DNA of 64,000 nucleotides from NCBI GenBank assembly GCA_013265495.1, contig MU058636.1, positions 5,863,741 through 5,927,740 of the forward strand. The letters run 5' to 3'. A model generated the notes under the pieces. It was not told the DNA's origin and did no database searches. It was given only the letters and a program-made list of their open reading frames with translations. Positions 12,501 through 24,350 of this stretch are shown one piece after another. Source of the DNA: Vicugna vicugna. Lineage: Eukaryota. Made by a program: the position numbers and the translations under genes. Within the stretch, counting starts at the first letter, position 1; each line of letters begins with the position of its first letter.

Positions 12501-15500
12501 TGTTATGTACTAATTTTTAAAATAATGCTGCTATTTTCTGCATACCAATGATTGTTTTTGTATCATTTTGTTTGGTGCTTATCCTTGTCAGATTTTGGGA
12601 TTAATCTCCTTGTCTTTATTTTTCCTATTTTGTTCAATTTGGGTTCTATTTCCAGAACTTCTCCTTATTGTGCAGCATTATCTTGGAAGGGAGCTTCATT
12701 TTGTTTTTCTCAGTCTACTGCTCTGTCAGACCTTGTTGCAACAGGTTCCTTAGCTCTCGTCCACGAATTAAGTCCTGTGAGTGCCATTCTCAAATTGGTT
12801 AGTGATCCTGCCAGGGTGCTCTTGTGGATGTTTTGGGGTTCTCATGTCCTAAAGGCCTTCCCTTTTCCAAAGGGAAAAGTAGCATATTAGGCTTATTATT
12901 TAGGCTTTCAATCTGAATAATGAGGAGGAAGAGAAAGAGATAGATTATCAAGTTAAAGTTTGTTTTTTTCCTCCTTGACTCAGTGGTGTTACTGACGGAG
13001 GTTGACAAACTCACTAAAGATGCCCAACATGCCTTGCGCAGAACCATGGAAAAGTATATGTCCACCTGCAGATTGATCTTGTGCTGCAATTCTACATCTA
13101 AAGTGATACCACCTATTCGTAGTAGGTGCCTGGCAGTTCGTGTGCCTGCTCCCAGCATTGAAGATGTAAGTTGTTAAACTTTTCAGAAACAATTTAGTTC
13201 AGGTTCCATGAGTACTGTATGTACATCCCTGTCATGTTTGTTTTTGTGAACACATAGTGAACTGTATCAGTAATTCAGGAACAGCTAAGGCCTGGATGCT
13301 AACCATTAGTAAATGTACAAACCAGTATATATCATAGTGAATACCAGATACCAGTATATAGAAAGTGTTCTTCTCTTTAAATCATCTTTGACTTTAAACA
13401 AGTAGGTATTAGGGATTTTACTAAACTAGCTAAGGGCTAGTTATTTCGTGGCTTCTACCTTAATTGGCTTTGGAGGATACTTGAGTATTCAGGAAATAGA
13501 TTTTGCAAGAAGATGACTTGGGAATATCTAGTTCCTAGTTAGGTGACCAAAGTTATTCTTAAACAAGATTTTTTTCCTGTGTCATTCTTAATAGCTATCA
13601 ATAAAAATTCATTTCTCACAATAAGCAATTTTTCTGCTGTTAATACATTTGGGGCGATTTTATGCAAAGTAGGGATAACATGTAACGTTTTGTTAGTTGC
13701 AAAGTGGTAAAGTGACTTCATTATAAGTTTCACTTGTAAAAATTTGGGGAGTGATACAGTTAAAGTGTTTATAAAGTAGCAAGACCACCAGGCTGTACCA
13801 CTCCCATGGGCATCATTCACATCTCAGTGCATGAGTTGTGTACAGTTCAGCTTGTGGGCTCTGTTTGGCAGCCCTGTGAGCAGTGTCTTTGCCACCAACC
13901 TGGGACCCTTTGTTTCCAACTCGCTGCTGCCTTGAGAGGGCTGGCAGGCTTGGAGTTGGAACCCGATCTTCCTCCAGTTGTACATCTAGCTCCTGCCTCT
14001 TCTTGACAGCTAGACTGGACCCCTGGTTTCCTGCTGAAAGAGCAGTGGTTAGGTAGAGTAGTGATGAAAAAAAGAAGTGGAGACGGGTCTAGGAAGATAT
14101 CAACAGAAGTTGTCTGTTTGCTGTTTGACAGATTGCCCATATTTGTTAATTGTTTTATTTGTAGATTTGCCATGTGTTATCTACTGTGTGTAAGAAGGAA
14201 GGTCTGAATCTTCCTTCACAGCTGGCTCGTAGACTTGCAGAGAAGTCCTGCAGAAATCTCAGAAAAGCCCTGCTTATGTGTGAAGCCTGCAGAGTGCAAC
14301 AGTGAGTAAGAAGGGGCAGTTACCCCAGGAAATGTTTTGGGATGTAAGCCTACTTTTCATTTAGTTTATTGTGTTCTCTTTGTTATGTAGATATCCTTTT
14401 ACTGAAGATCAAGAAATCCCTGAAACAGATTGGGAGGTGTATCTGAGGGAGACTGCCAATGCTATTGTCAGTCAGCAGACTCCACAAAGGTAACCACGGT
14501 GAAAGATCACCATAGAAGTTTGATCATTGAGATAGTACAGATACTAAGCTTTAGATAAGCTGTTTTATACTAACACCATGCCATTTAGAATTACAATTTA
14601 ATCTAAATTTAAGTGCTATACTTTTAAAGAAAAGGTAGGATTTAATTTTAGACATTTAGTAGTTCAGAATAGTTGGTGTGTGATATCACAGCTTTTATTA
14701 AGCTATTGCCATGTAAATGTGGAACTTTTAAATAAATTAAATTTTGGAAGTTTTAATTTTTTTACCCGGAATCTTGGATGATTTAATATTAATACGTAAC
14801 ATGATGTATCTAGCTTTCTAATATTGGAAGTAACAGTATGTAACTTTGTGATTGATATGTCATTGCTAGAAAGACACTAGGCTGTGAATCAGTCTTCTCG
14901 TTCTTCTCCTGCTGTAAATTAGCAAGTATCCTTGAGCTGGTAACTCATCTTAGAGCTTCAGCTTTTTCATTTGTATGTTGCAGATACTATTATTACCCTG
15001 CCAAGGATACTTGTACCTTGGTTATAAGAGCAGAAGAGATTGTGTGATGATGGTTTGAGAGCTAGAAGACCCTGTGCTCACGTGTGATGATAGGCTCTGT
15101 TGAGAACAGTGTTGTGTACGTGCTGTCAGTGTTCAGGAAGTGTTCTGTGCGTGCTTGCTGCGCAGTTGCTCCTGTTTGCTTCTTGGGTCTCTTATTCAGC
15201 AGTGGACTGCACTGGAGATACTTTGGCCACTGCTTATTGATTTCTTATGGCAACTTTGACTGAGAAGGGCAGTCAGCTCTTCTCCGAAAATCAAGAGTGA
15301 CAGTCTTAAAGCTCACTGCCTTTGGGAATCCTGGTGAAGGCCCCTTAGGCTCACTGAGACAGTCTCTACTCTTTCTTGCCTGTCAGAACTGAGAAACCAC
15401 CTTTGGACTTTATAGAAGGTCGTCGGTTATTTTAGGAAACAGACTAGACTGAGTGCAGCCATTGAAACCTAAGCTTCTCTGGTTTACATGAAAATAATTG

Positions 15501-18500
15501 TGGGAGAAATATACAGTGTTTCTACTCTTGTGCGATATATATGATAAGTTCTTATTTTTATGAGATTCTTCAAAGGAAATTGTAGCATGTCTACTTTGGA
15601 TGCCATATCGATTAGTGGAGGTGAATAATCATAGATAATGGTACTTGACATTTCATCAGGGTTTGAGTTGAATTCCTGTAATTCAGTTATGTCAGTTGAA
15701 GAAATTAATAGTTTTCAAAAAGTGCCAAATGTAAGTGGTTTCTTTAGGAAAGAAACCTTGAGTCTAGGAAAAAGTGTGCATTCCCCTTTTGTAATACATT
15801 ATCAAGAAGTAAAGAAGTCTCAGGCTTTAAAGAAATAAAATTCAAACGAAGCATGTTTTAGGAGCCTTTCACTTTCATAAAGTATTTCTACACTGAAGAT
15901 GACTTTCTTGTTTCTGTTCTGATTTTAAAGAAGAAAAGTTTGTGGTCGCAGTCCACTTTCCTGTTCTTCAGAAGTATAGGTACAGATGTTGCAATACTTG
16001 ACTATTACTAGGTGTATTTTTTAAGACTTTAGTTGATTATTGCTTTACTTAATTCTCCTAGTTACTGCTGCCCTCTCCTCCAGTTTCCAGCAGGTTTTTA
16101 CAGCTTCTGAATGAGCTTGTTGAAGAAGAGGTGCTGCCGTTCCCTATGTAGAGTAACAGTTTTAGGAGCTGATTTGTTACGCTGTATACAAAGAAATTTC
16201 CCTCAATTCCAGAAAGCCTTGGAGCTGTGCAGAGATACTGGGATGGCTGGTGTCATCTGAACGTTGGTCCACATAGTACCAAATGACTACTTCTGATTTT
16301 TGACTCCTTAGTCTTGCTGTAATATTTATAGTCTTGATTCTTGTTCGGTATATCTTAGAAGTCATAATTTTCTAATTTGAAGAACAGCTAATATTTAGTG
16401 AGCAATTATGTTGATTTTTACACTGTGTTATTTCATTTAATTCATATAACAGTACTATGAGGAAAGTATTATTACCATCTTTATTTTGTAGATTAGAAAA
16501 CTGATATTTTGGGATATTGTTGCCTTTTCAGGGACATTCAGTTAGTAAGAGGCAGAGCCAGTTCTAAAATACCATGTTTCTCTGACAGAAGAATTTGTAG
16601 TCTTTGTCATTTGCAACCCCCAAGAAATAATGACACAGACATAGTAAATGTAGAATATATTCATTTTTTGGAAACTAAATCATATTAGAAATGAACTCAG
16701 ACTAAGCTGAGAAGCATGTGAACATGCATGAAATACGCACAGTGTTGTTACAGCATAGTTTTATAGGTAAATATATTGTGAATCAACTTCTCAGAAATAA
16801 GCTATATCATAATTATTAAAATAATTTCATACCATCTGTCATTTGTGTGTATTTTTATGCTTTAATAATCAGGTTTTATTTTTTGGAATAGACAACCGTG
16901 TCCAAGAGGGATCAGGGACCTTGGAGTTAGACTTAAATTAAAATGTTGCTTCAACTGCATGAGTGTTGTTGGAAGCTTAACCTCTCTGAACTTCAGGCCC
17001 TTGTCAGTAAAAGAGAGTGGTGTTGTAAGGAATAAATAGTGTACTGCAGTGAGCATCGTACAGGTAAAAGAGATTAAATAAATGCTTTGGCAGGCATTGG
17101 GAATGTATGGACTTTGAAGTAAGACAGATCTGTGCTCAAATCATGACTCTGCTATGGTCAGCTTTATCCGGCTACTTAAACCACCTGAGCCTTAATTTTT
17201 TCATCTGAAAAAAGGAGATAATGCCTCCTAAAAGCTGAGGACTGAGTTAAATTATTGTTAAGTGTCTTGCACATAGCAGGTGCTCAGAATATGCTAGTCT
17301 TTTTTTTTCCCCCCACTTCATTTAGTTTTGTTGTGGCTCAGCTTCATACTCCTGTGGTCTCAGGAAGAGGGTCTGAGCTTCTACTTTTAAGAAATTAATG
17401 AATCACTACCTTGATTGATCTGAAATATAGAACATCTGTGATATTTTAGTAAAGATTCAGAACAGTATTTTCCCTTTAGAGTAGGTAAGTATATACAGGA
17501 AGATAAAGGTACTTGTTTTATGTGTATTTATAACTTGTCATTTTTTTTCTTGCTATTTTAAAATGTCACATATCTATTTCCCTCCTTCACCATCTTTCTG
17601 CCTGAAAGTGTTTCTGAAGAGGCTAGAATTAAGGACTCAAAGAGCCCTCCAACAATGTTCATATTCACTTGGCCAGCCTGGTTTGTGCCTGCCTGTACTG
17701 CACCTTCTATGACAAGAGAGCTGTTCTCTACCATATTGTTTTTTAACTTTGCATCTGAGACAATAACATTACATTATATATCATGCTTATATTCCCTTTT
17801 CTCACTTGTGTGATTGACTAGTGATTGTTTAATCCTTTTCTTGACCATTTTCTAGATGTCCTAGGTATCATCTATCTGGAGAACAAAATAAACATTACTT
17901 GCTATATCATTAAAGCATATTAATATTTGTGATGTGGGGCAGAGGGCATAGCTCAAGTGGTATAGCGCATGCTTAGCATGCACGAGGTCCTAGGTTCAAT
18001 CCCTAGTACCTCCTCTTAAAAAAAATAAGTAAACCTAATTACCTCCTCCCCACAAAAAAAACGAATAAAAAAATATGGTAATAAAATTTGTGCTGTGAAT
18101 AGGCTCAACCCTCGCTATTCATGAAGTCTTAATTTTTATCTGGTATTTTCATAGTATTTTGGTGTAACTAATAATCCTAAATATAGTATTGTCTAACTTT
18201 AAAAGAATTCTGAAATTTTTCTTTTAGAAAATGAACTGAAATTAGGAAAAGCTTCGGTATGTGTATCTTAAATATGATAAGTCACTTAAGAAAATGTCTG
18301 TATTGGATTATTTAATTCATAAAGTAGGATAGCACAGTAGGTAATGGAAAATATCATCTCTTATTTTCATCACAAAGTATTATTTTGTCTTATATAGGCT
18401 CCTTGAAGTTCGTGGAAGACTCTATGAGCTTCTAACTCATTGTATTCCTCCTGAAATAATAATGAAGGTAACCTGATTTCAAATCTTGAACTGTTTGTTA

Positions 18501-19842
18501 CCATAAAATTTGGACTTTGAGTGGTCTCAGGGCTTTTGCTGTATTAGGAAACATTTTACCTTTTTCTGTCCAGCTTAGTTCAGAAAGTATTTATTGAGCT
18601 TCTTTGGTGTGTCAGGCACCATTAGGGGTGTGTTGAAGGAGATGGGAGGGAGGGCCTGCCCTCAGAGAAGTTAACATTTTAGTGGGGCGAAATGGGAAAC
18701 AAGAAGCAAGAGGATTTCGGAATGTTCTAAGTGCTACAAAGAAAGTAGCTTGGTGAAATCGTAACAGTGGAGGGAAGGGCTGTGGAAGGTCAGTGACGGC
18801 TTCTGTGAGGAAGTTATGTTTAAATTGAGAATTGAAGGATTTAAAGAAGGGAACCACGTAAGGAGCCAGGGAACAAGTATTTCAGACAGCAAGGCTCAGT
18901 GCACCTAGAGTGATGTTGTAAGGCATAGCTTGAGGTCTGGTCTAAACCTGATCAGCTCCCTAGCCAGGTAGATTGATTGTTAGATGTTAGGGAATACAGG
19001 ATTTTTTGCTTGTTTATATTTCTTAAATTTGCATGTTAATACTTAAATAAAAAAATTCAAATGATACCAAATATACAGAGAAAAAAGTGAAGGTCCACCC
19101 TTCCATTTCTACAAGTCCTCTGTTCTAGTTACATGAAAATAAGCCCCTTTGTGTGTGTGTGTGTGTGTGTAGTTTCACAGAACTTCAGTGTCCTGGACTG
19201 TTTTTTTAAATACAGCAATGTAACATAGGTTTTGTTTCATGACAGTACAGATTTACCTCATTCTTTTTAGTGGATGGATGGGATTTCATGGTATGGCTTT
19301 ATCAGCTTTTTAAAAAATATGACCCCTATTGGTTGAACTTTATGTTGTTTACAGATTATTATAATTAATAATGCTACAGTAAGCATCTTTGTACTTATAT
19401 CTTTGCACCCTTGTACATTTAAATACTTGGAGTTTGGAATTTGATAGATAACTACCGTATTTTTAAATTTTAAAGAGAGATATACTGGATGCAGTCTACT
19501 GGTCCATATAAAAGAATTAAAAGATTTCAAAAATTAAAAAGAAACATATTTAACTGAAGTTTTACTTCCTTTTTGAATGAGAGAAATAAAGTTTGTTCAG
19601 CTAAGTTTTATAAGTGATTACTTTTTTAATTACTAGTTATCTTTCTTCAGGGCCTTCTTTCAGAACTTTTGCATAATTGTGATGGACAGCTGAAAGGGGA
19701 AGTGGCCCAAATGGCAGCTTACTATGAACATCGTCTACAACTGGGTAGCAAAGCCATTTATCACTTGGAAGCATTTGTGGCCAAATTTATGGCACTTTAT
19801 AAGAAGTTCATGGAGGATGGATTGGAAGGCATGATATTCTGA
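3318..19842 (+). CDS. RFC3: Replication factor C subunit 3 (RFC 38 kDa), spliced CDS: join(3318..3404,6983..7120,9814..9881,11454..11551,12984..13165,14165..14301,14391..14489,18398..18467,19651..19842)
   Basis: Exon lengths 87+138+68+98+182+137+99+70+192 = 1071 nt = 356 aa plus TGA. All introns are GT..AG with consistent phases. The protein starts [13 protein letters not shown], contains the P-loop GPSGAGKKT, the Walker-B-like LLTEVD and the SRC motif IRSRCL, and ends [10 protein letters not shown]. Confidence 0.99.
3590..3895 (+). mobile_element. L2 LINE fragment
   Basis: agagggaacagcaagtgcaaaatccctgaggcagga..gccattggaggttttgagcagagaagtgacat. Confidence 0.7.
4446..5512 (-). mobile_element. 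Tiny L1 3'UTR fragment interrupted by the FKBP3 retrocopy
   Basis: The flanks rejoin to cccttttggtaacc(g/a)taagtttgttttctatgtctg, an L1 3'UTR motif (compare 53705-53745). Outer direct repeats tctatacttatttta (4431-4445) and tctatactaatttta (5513-5527). Confidence 0.7.
4486..5488 (-). pseudogene. FKBP3: Processed pseudogene of FKBP3 (FKBP25), antisense in RFC3 intron 1
   Basis: Intronless copy of the whole FKBP3 CDS (5463->4794) with 5'UTR, 3'UTR, AATAAA (tttatt at 4517-4522) and a poly(A) remnant (T-run 4486-4501). Lesions: start ATG->ATA (5461-5463), TAG at codon 2, ~2-nt frameshift near 5225-5230, TAG at 5214-5216. Confidence 0.97.
6146..6595 (+). mobile_element. ERVL solo LTR (LTR16-like) inserted in a MER5-type hAT element (~6070-6145 and ~6596-6715)
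   Basis: TG..CA ends, AATAAA near 6539 and a terminal cccaaactaagaca. The flanks read as the two halves of MER5 (catctgggaacc..gaaaatacaca / tactgaat..gatggggtccagtaatc..tttgaga). Confidence 0.6.
6983..7120 (+). CDS. RFC3: RFC3 exon 2
   Basis: Acceptor ttttttcccag; encodes [21 protein letters not shown]...HQTIT; donor gtaagc. Confidence 0.98.
7770..7925 (-). mobile_element. L1 3' end fragment
   Basis: caatattatatt..agtttcaggtatattgcatagtgattt. Confidence 0.55.
8240..9770 (+). mobile_element. Old L1 (L1M-type) ORF2/3' fragment
   Basis: Decayed ORF2 motifs: taccagatattaaaccatattgtaaggctactataatcaaaaca..gatcagtggaactgaatagagagcccagaaat. Confidence 0.75.
9814..9881 (+). CDS. RFC3: RFC3 exon 3
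   Basis: Acceptor tcttcatccacag; encodes [22 protein letters not shown](S); donor gtaagt. Confidence 0.97.
11454..11551 (+). CDS. RFC3: RFC3 exon 4
   Basis: Acceptor ttttgtgtag; encodes [32 protein letters not shown]; donor gtatgt. Confidence 0.97.
12984..13165 (+). CDS. RFC3: RFC3 exon 5
   Basis: Acceptor ctccttgactcag; encodes [25 protein letters not shown]...[17 protein letters not shown]; donor gtaagt. Confidence 0.98.
14165..14301 (+). CDS. RFC3: RFC3 exon 6
   Basis: Acceptor ttatttgtag; encodes [45 protein letters not shown](Q); donor gtgagt. Confidence 0.97.
14391..14489 (+). CDS. RFC3: RFC3 exon 7
   Basis: Follows an 89-bp intron; acceptor tgttatgtag; encodes [32 protein letters not shown](R); donor gtaacc. 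Confidence 0.97.
16385..16590 (-). mobile_element. MIR SINE
   Basis: ttatttcatttaattcatataac..ctatgagg..attattaccat..ttttgtagattagaaaactga..gttagtaagaggcagagcca. Confidence 0.7.
17085..17300 (+). mobile_element. MIR SINE
   Basis: ggactttgaagtaagacagatctg..caaatc..acttaaaccacctgagcct..ttcatctgaaaaaagg..gcacatagcaggtgctca. Confidence 0.7.
17937..18081 (+). mobile_element. tRNA-Ala-derived SINE of the camelid vic-1 type
   Basis: tRNA head with A box (tagctcaagtgg), AGC anticodon arm (gcatgcttagcatgc) and B box (ggttcaatccc), then aaataagtaaacctaattacctcc and an A-rich tail. Target-site duplication taatatttgtgatgtg (17921-17936) / taaaatttgtgctgtg (18082-18097), 14/16 identical. Confidence 0.85.
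18398..18467 (+). CDS. RFC3: RFC3 exon 8
   Basis: Acceptor tcttatatag; encodes [23 protein letters not shown]; donor gtaacc. Confidence 0.97.
18575..18905 (+). mobile_element. L2 LINE fragment
   Basis: gtatttattgagc..gtgtcaggcacc..cctgccctcagagaagttaacattttagtgggg. Confidence 0.7.
19150..19170. repeat. (TG)10 microsatellite
   Basis: Read directly from the sequence. Confidence 0.95.
19651..19842 (+). CDS. RFC3: RFC3 exon 9 (terminal coding exon)
   Basis: Acceptor ctttcttcag; encodes [66 protein letters not shown] at 19840-19842. Confidence 0.98.
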   Translation, partial: GLLSELLHNCDGQLKGEVAQMAAYYEHRLQLGSKAIYHLEAFVAKFMALYKKFMEDGLEGMIF

Positions 19843-19919
19843 TGTCTATCAGTAATTCTTCCTAATATTTCTCAGTATCAGCATTTACGTTCAGTTTATA
19901 TTGGAAGAGCTACAGGTAA

Positions 19920-19925
19920 AATAAA
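19920..19925 (+). terminator. Candidate proximal polyadenylation signal of RFC3
   Basis: AATAAA about 80 nt after the stop, followed by a U/GU-rich tract (tatgtcttgtttgtacttttttgt, ~19941-19963). A second AATAAA lies at 20694-20699. Confidence 0.5.
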
Positions 19926-20749
19926 ATAACTCTACTTAATTATGTCTTGTTTGTACTTTTTTGTAATAACTCCTCCGAATTATTAATCATTTTTCTCTGA
20001 GTTAAATAATTGTACCTGAACTATTGAAGTATGTTGAAAGGACGCAGCTAGAAACTTTAGTCTGGGAACACTATTTTAAGTTACTTTAAAAATTTCTTAC
20101 CCATGTATGCAATACTGAGCCTCTTGTTTCTATCCACTCTCTTACCTGCTGGAGGAACTTTATATGTAAAAATGCAAAAATCGTTTTCTGTCCTCCAGAT
20201 GACCATTTTTGGCCACGGGTACATAAATTTTTACTTGGCAGGTCATTACCTTTAATCATATTTTCCCTCAACCAAAATTTATTTTTGCAGGAAATATAAG
20301 GAATTAATTTTGAAACATAATAGCATGGGTATAGAGAAGATTGCAGGTACCATTGCCATTGAAACTTCAGAAATTCAACTTTTATTTCAATGATTCAGAT
20401 TTGTTGTTAGGTTGGCTACTAAGAAATAAGCACGTTTTCGTTAAGTTTTCGCTTGAGACTCCTGAGGAATGTGCATTATGTAGTTCTGAAGCAAAGGTAT
20501 ATACCATAGAAATTACTCTTTGAACAAGTGTACTATTGTGTCATTGGTCCTGTCCTTTGGAACATTTTTTATTCAGAAATTTGGCTCATGGAACAAAGAG
20601 TTTGACCAAAATTCTGTGACAGGTTCTGAGCAATTTTTAAAATTTTGGGCAGTGGAAGCAGGACTCAAAAACAGTTAAAACCACTAAGGCAAAAATAAAG
20701 AAGTTTTAAGTTTGAATAATTTAAATTTCCTGTATAAGAATAATGGGGA

Positions 20750-20925
20750 GACCTGCTCTTGCATGAGAGCCAATGCTCTAGAGAATGTAGACTTAGGGTC
20801 AGTAGGTTAGAGAGAGACATTTTAGTTCCCTGTGAAGAACTTTCTAACAGCAGCTATCTTTTAATGGTGTGGGAAGCTTGAGCGGTCCTTATAAACAGCA
20901 AATGTTCAGGTGGAGGATTGATGAA
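20750..20925 (+). mobile_element. CR1/L3 LINE 3' fragment
   Basis: gaagaactttctaacagcagct..atgttcaggtggaggattgatga resembles the L3 terminal motif. Confidence 0.5.
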
Positions 20926-21049
20926 GAATGAACTGCTTACTATATGCTAGGTGTTGCACTGGGTACATGCGTTATTTCATTATGACCTTACCACTCTGAA
21001 GTACATAATGTTTCTGATCTATAAATAAGAAGCTAGAGATTTATAGAAA

Positions 21050-24000
21050 TCAAGTGTAATTTATACAATAAAACATACCCAATTTATGTCTGCAGTTTGA
21101 TATTTGACAAATGTATTGAATGTAACCATCATCCCAATCAAGACACAGATTCCGTCACTGAAAAGTTCCTTCCATATCTTTTTGCAGTCAGTCCACTTCT
21201 ACTCTGACCCAAGTGACCATTGTTCTGCTTTCTGTCATTATAGATTAGTTTTGCTGATTCAAGAATTTAAATAGAGTCAAATACTGTATAGTCTTTGGTT
21301 AAGTCTTCATTCTCTCAGAATTATAATTGAGATTCATCCATATTGTTGCATAGTTAACTAATTTCTTTGTTTTTTATTGATTAGTATATGTTTATATACA
21401 CTTTTACAACCCATTGATTTGTTGATGAACCTTTGGGTTTCCAGGATTTGTTTATTCTGAATAAAATTGCTCTGAGTATTTCTGATTAAGTCTTTTTATG
21501 GATGAATGTTTTCATTTCTCTCAGGTAAATACATAGGCATGGAATGACTAGACATAAGATAGGTGTCAGTTTAACTTTTAAGAAGTTGCTAATTTCCCAA
21601 AGTGATTGTAGCATTTTATGTTCCTACCAGCAATATATGAGAGTTCTGGTTGTTTCTAAAAAATTGGTGTAACTAATTTTCTATATTATCTGTTATGTAT
21701 TTTATTGATATCCTTTTTTATCTTTATTAATCCTATCCTTCTACTTTTGATTTAGTTTGCTCTTATTTTTCCAGTCTTAAGATGGAAATTTAGATAATTG
21801 ATTTTAGACCATTCTTTTATAATATCATTTAAAATGACAAATTTTACCCTGATCTAAATTCCTCTTAAAAATTTTGGTATCTTGTGTTTTCAATTCCATT
21901 TAGCTCAGACTGTTTTTTCAGTTTCACTTGAAATTTTTTTTTCTTTGACCAAATGATTACTTGGAATTGTGTTAATTTCCAAGTAATTGAAAATTTCCAG
22001 ATATATTTTAAAATCTTCTCTACCCTTGTTAATTTTCTATCATTTACTAAGAGGAGTATTGAAATCTCTATTTTTTATGGATTTGTCTAATTCAGTTCGT
22101 TTGGATTTTACTTCATGCATTTGGAAGCTTGTTATTAAATGCATACATTTTAAGGATTGTTACATCTTCCTGATTAGTTGTCCCCTTCATGAAATGCACC
22201 TCTTTATTTGGTAATATCCTGGTAATATTTCTTGCTCTAAATCTGCTTTATCTTGTATTAGTATCGCCACTCTGTCTTTTTTTGAACAATTTGGCCAGAG
22301 AGTGAGCTCAGACATCTTAAAGTTTGGACTTTAAGTCTGCTGAGCTATATCTGGGTTCAGGAATACCTTCAAGATTGCAACCAGTCCTCAGTATCCCTTG
22401 GTTTTCGCTTTTCCAGTTTAGCAGTCAGTCAGGCATGTGTCAGTCAAAAGCTTATCTTAGCCACTCTGTGGCTTTTACTTCCAGGTTCTCTCAGTTCAGT
22501 AACTGATTGGTTTCTCAATGGCCATGAACTGAACTTGCAACCTTGGTTTAGCAAAGCTATGGATTTTCCTTGTTCCCAACTATTAATTCAGTCCACTACT
22601 CTGTCTGCAACCAACTTTCAACTTATAAAGCTACAGTTTTTACTGACGAGGTGGTAGGTGCATGATAATAGTACCAGGTATAGAAAGTCACAGAGTTGCT
22701 GCCATTTTTATCCAAAGCTAATTAGTTTTCCAACAATAAACACTTTTCAAATTTGTTGTCTGATTTTGATCAATTTTCAGTGTCCTGATTGATTGTTTTT
22801 TGACAGTTTTGTCCACTTTTATACTTTATTCTTTAGAGGGAAATCACTCAATCTCCTCCTGTTACAATTGGTAGAAGTAGCCCTCCACTAACTCAGTTTT
22901 TCGTTGCTATTTTGTAAATCCAAATTTCAGTCTGATAATCATTTTCCCTTACTTTGAAAATCAGTTTTTAGTTTTCTTTCGGGCAGATCTACTGGTGAAT
23001 TCTCTCAAGGTTTTTGTTTTTGTTTTGTGTTTTTGTGGGGTTTTTTTTTAGCTTAAAATGTCTGTTTTGCATTCTTTTTAGAGAAGCATTTTTAATGGAT
23101 ATAAAATTATAGTTAGACAATTTTGTTCTTTCTGTGTCTTAAAACTGTTGTTTTGTGTTTTGGTTTGCACTGTTTCTGAAGAGAGATCTGCATTGTAATT
23201 TTTTTTCCTATGTGTTTTTTTGTTTGTTTTATTTTACTTCCTGTGGCTACATTTAAGATTTGCAGCTTCTCTTTATGACCAATTTCCAGCAGTTTAAAAT
23301 GTGTCTTAGCATGATTTTTATTTGTGTTCATCCTGCTTTATACTGTTTTACATTTGCTTCAATTCTTGGATTTGTGAGTTTATGTATTTTATCAAATTTG
23401 GGAAAAATTACTCGTTTTCTTCAAGTATTTTTCTGCCTCCTTCTCTGAGACTCTGGTTATATCTCTGTTTGACTTCATGATAGTGCCCCATAAGTCAAGG
23501 ATTTCTGCCTTTCAGCCCCCCCCCTTAGGCTTTTTCTTACTGTCCTTTAGTTTCAAAAGTTTGTTTCCTTCAAATTCACTTATCTTTTGCACAGTCTAAC
23601 CTTCTTTTAAGACCATTCAGTGAAATCTTTTTTTTTAAAAACTGTGTTGAACTTTATTTTGACAGGTAGTTATTTGATTAGCAGATTGATCCTTTTCATG
23701 CTTGTTCTTCACCTTTTTTTAGGGTGGGCCTAGAGTAGTCTTTATCCCTAGTTGAGCTTTACAGCTGAGGTGTGATCTTTGTGGTGTCTGTTGAATGCCC
23801 CAGGGATCATTGAGGTGTCTACATCCAGAGTCACCAGAACTCATTGTCTTCTAGCCCTGTGTGAGCTCTCGTGATAGTCCAGCTTAGTTTCCAGATCTTT
23901 CCCCAATAGTTTAGTTGTTTCTTTTTTCCTTGCCTGGCTTCGTGGAGTCATATTCAATGTATATGCAGCTTAATAATCAAAGATGCAAGGCCACCCTTAT

Positions 24001-24350
24001 TAGATTTCTCTTGCACTTTTCTGTATAAACTCTCCTCTTTCCAGATCTCTGTCATGCATATTCAGCTGCCTCAGTCTCTTTGAATTCTGCTCTCTTCTCC
24101 ACAACTCACTGTTACCGCAGTTGTCTGCTTAGATTTGCCCTTCCTACCCTGCAGTCTGGAAAGTGCCTCTAGGCAGAAATCAGGGGCGATTTTAGAGATT
24201 AGCCTCTTGGTTTCTTTTCTCTGATGCATCACAGTCTTGCACTGCTTTCTCCGGTTTGTGTTGCTTTATTTTGTCTAGTCATCTAGGTGTTTACAATGGG
24301 AGGGCAAGTTTTGTATCAGTTACTCTTTTATAACTGGTGGTGAAAGTTTT
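21050..24350 (-). mobile_element. Old L1 (L1M) fragments, possibly composite
   Basis: T-rich + strand with L1 3'UTR motifs (gagattcatccatattgttgcat, cctaccagcaatatatgagagtt) followed by decayed ORF2/ORF1-region sequence. Confidence 0.7.

Noticed and set aside
17937..18015. Possible tRNA-Ala(AGC) gene
   Set aside because: It is followed by a SINE body and A-tail and bounded by a target-site duplication, so it is a SINE head.
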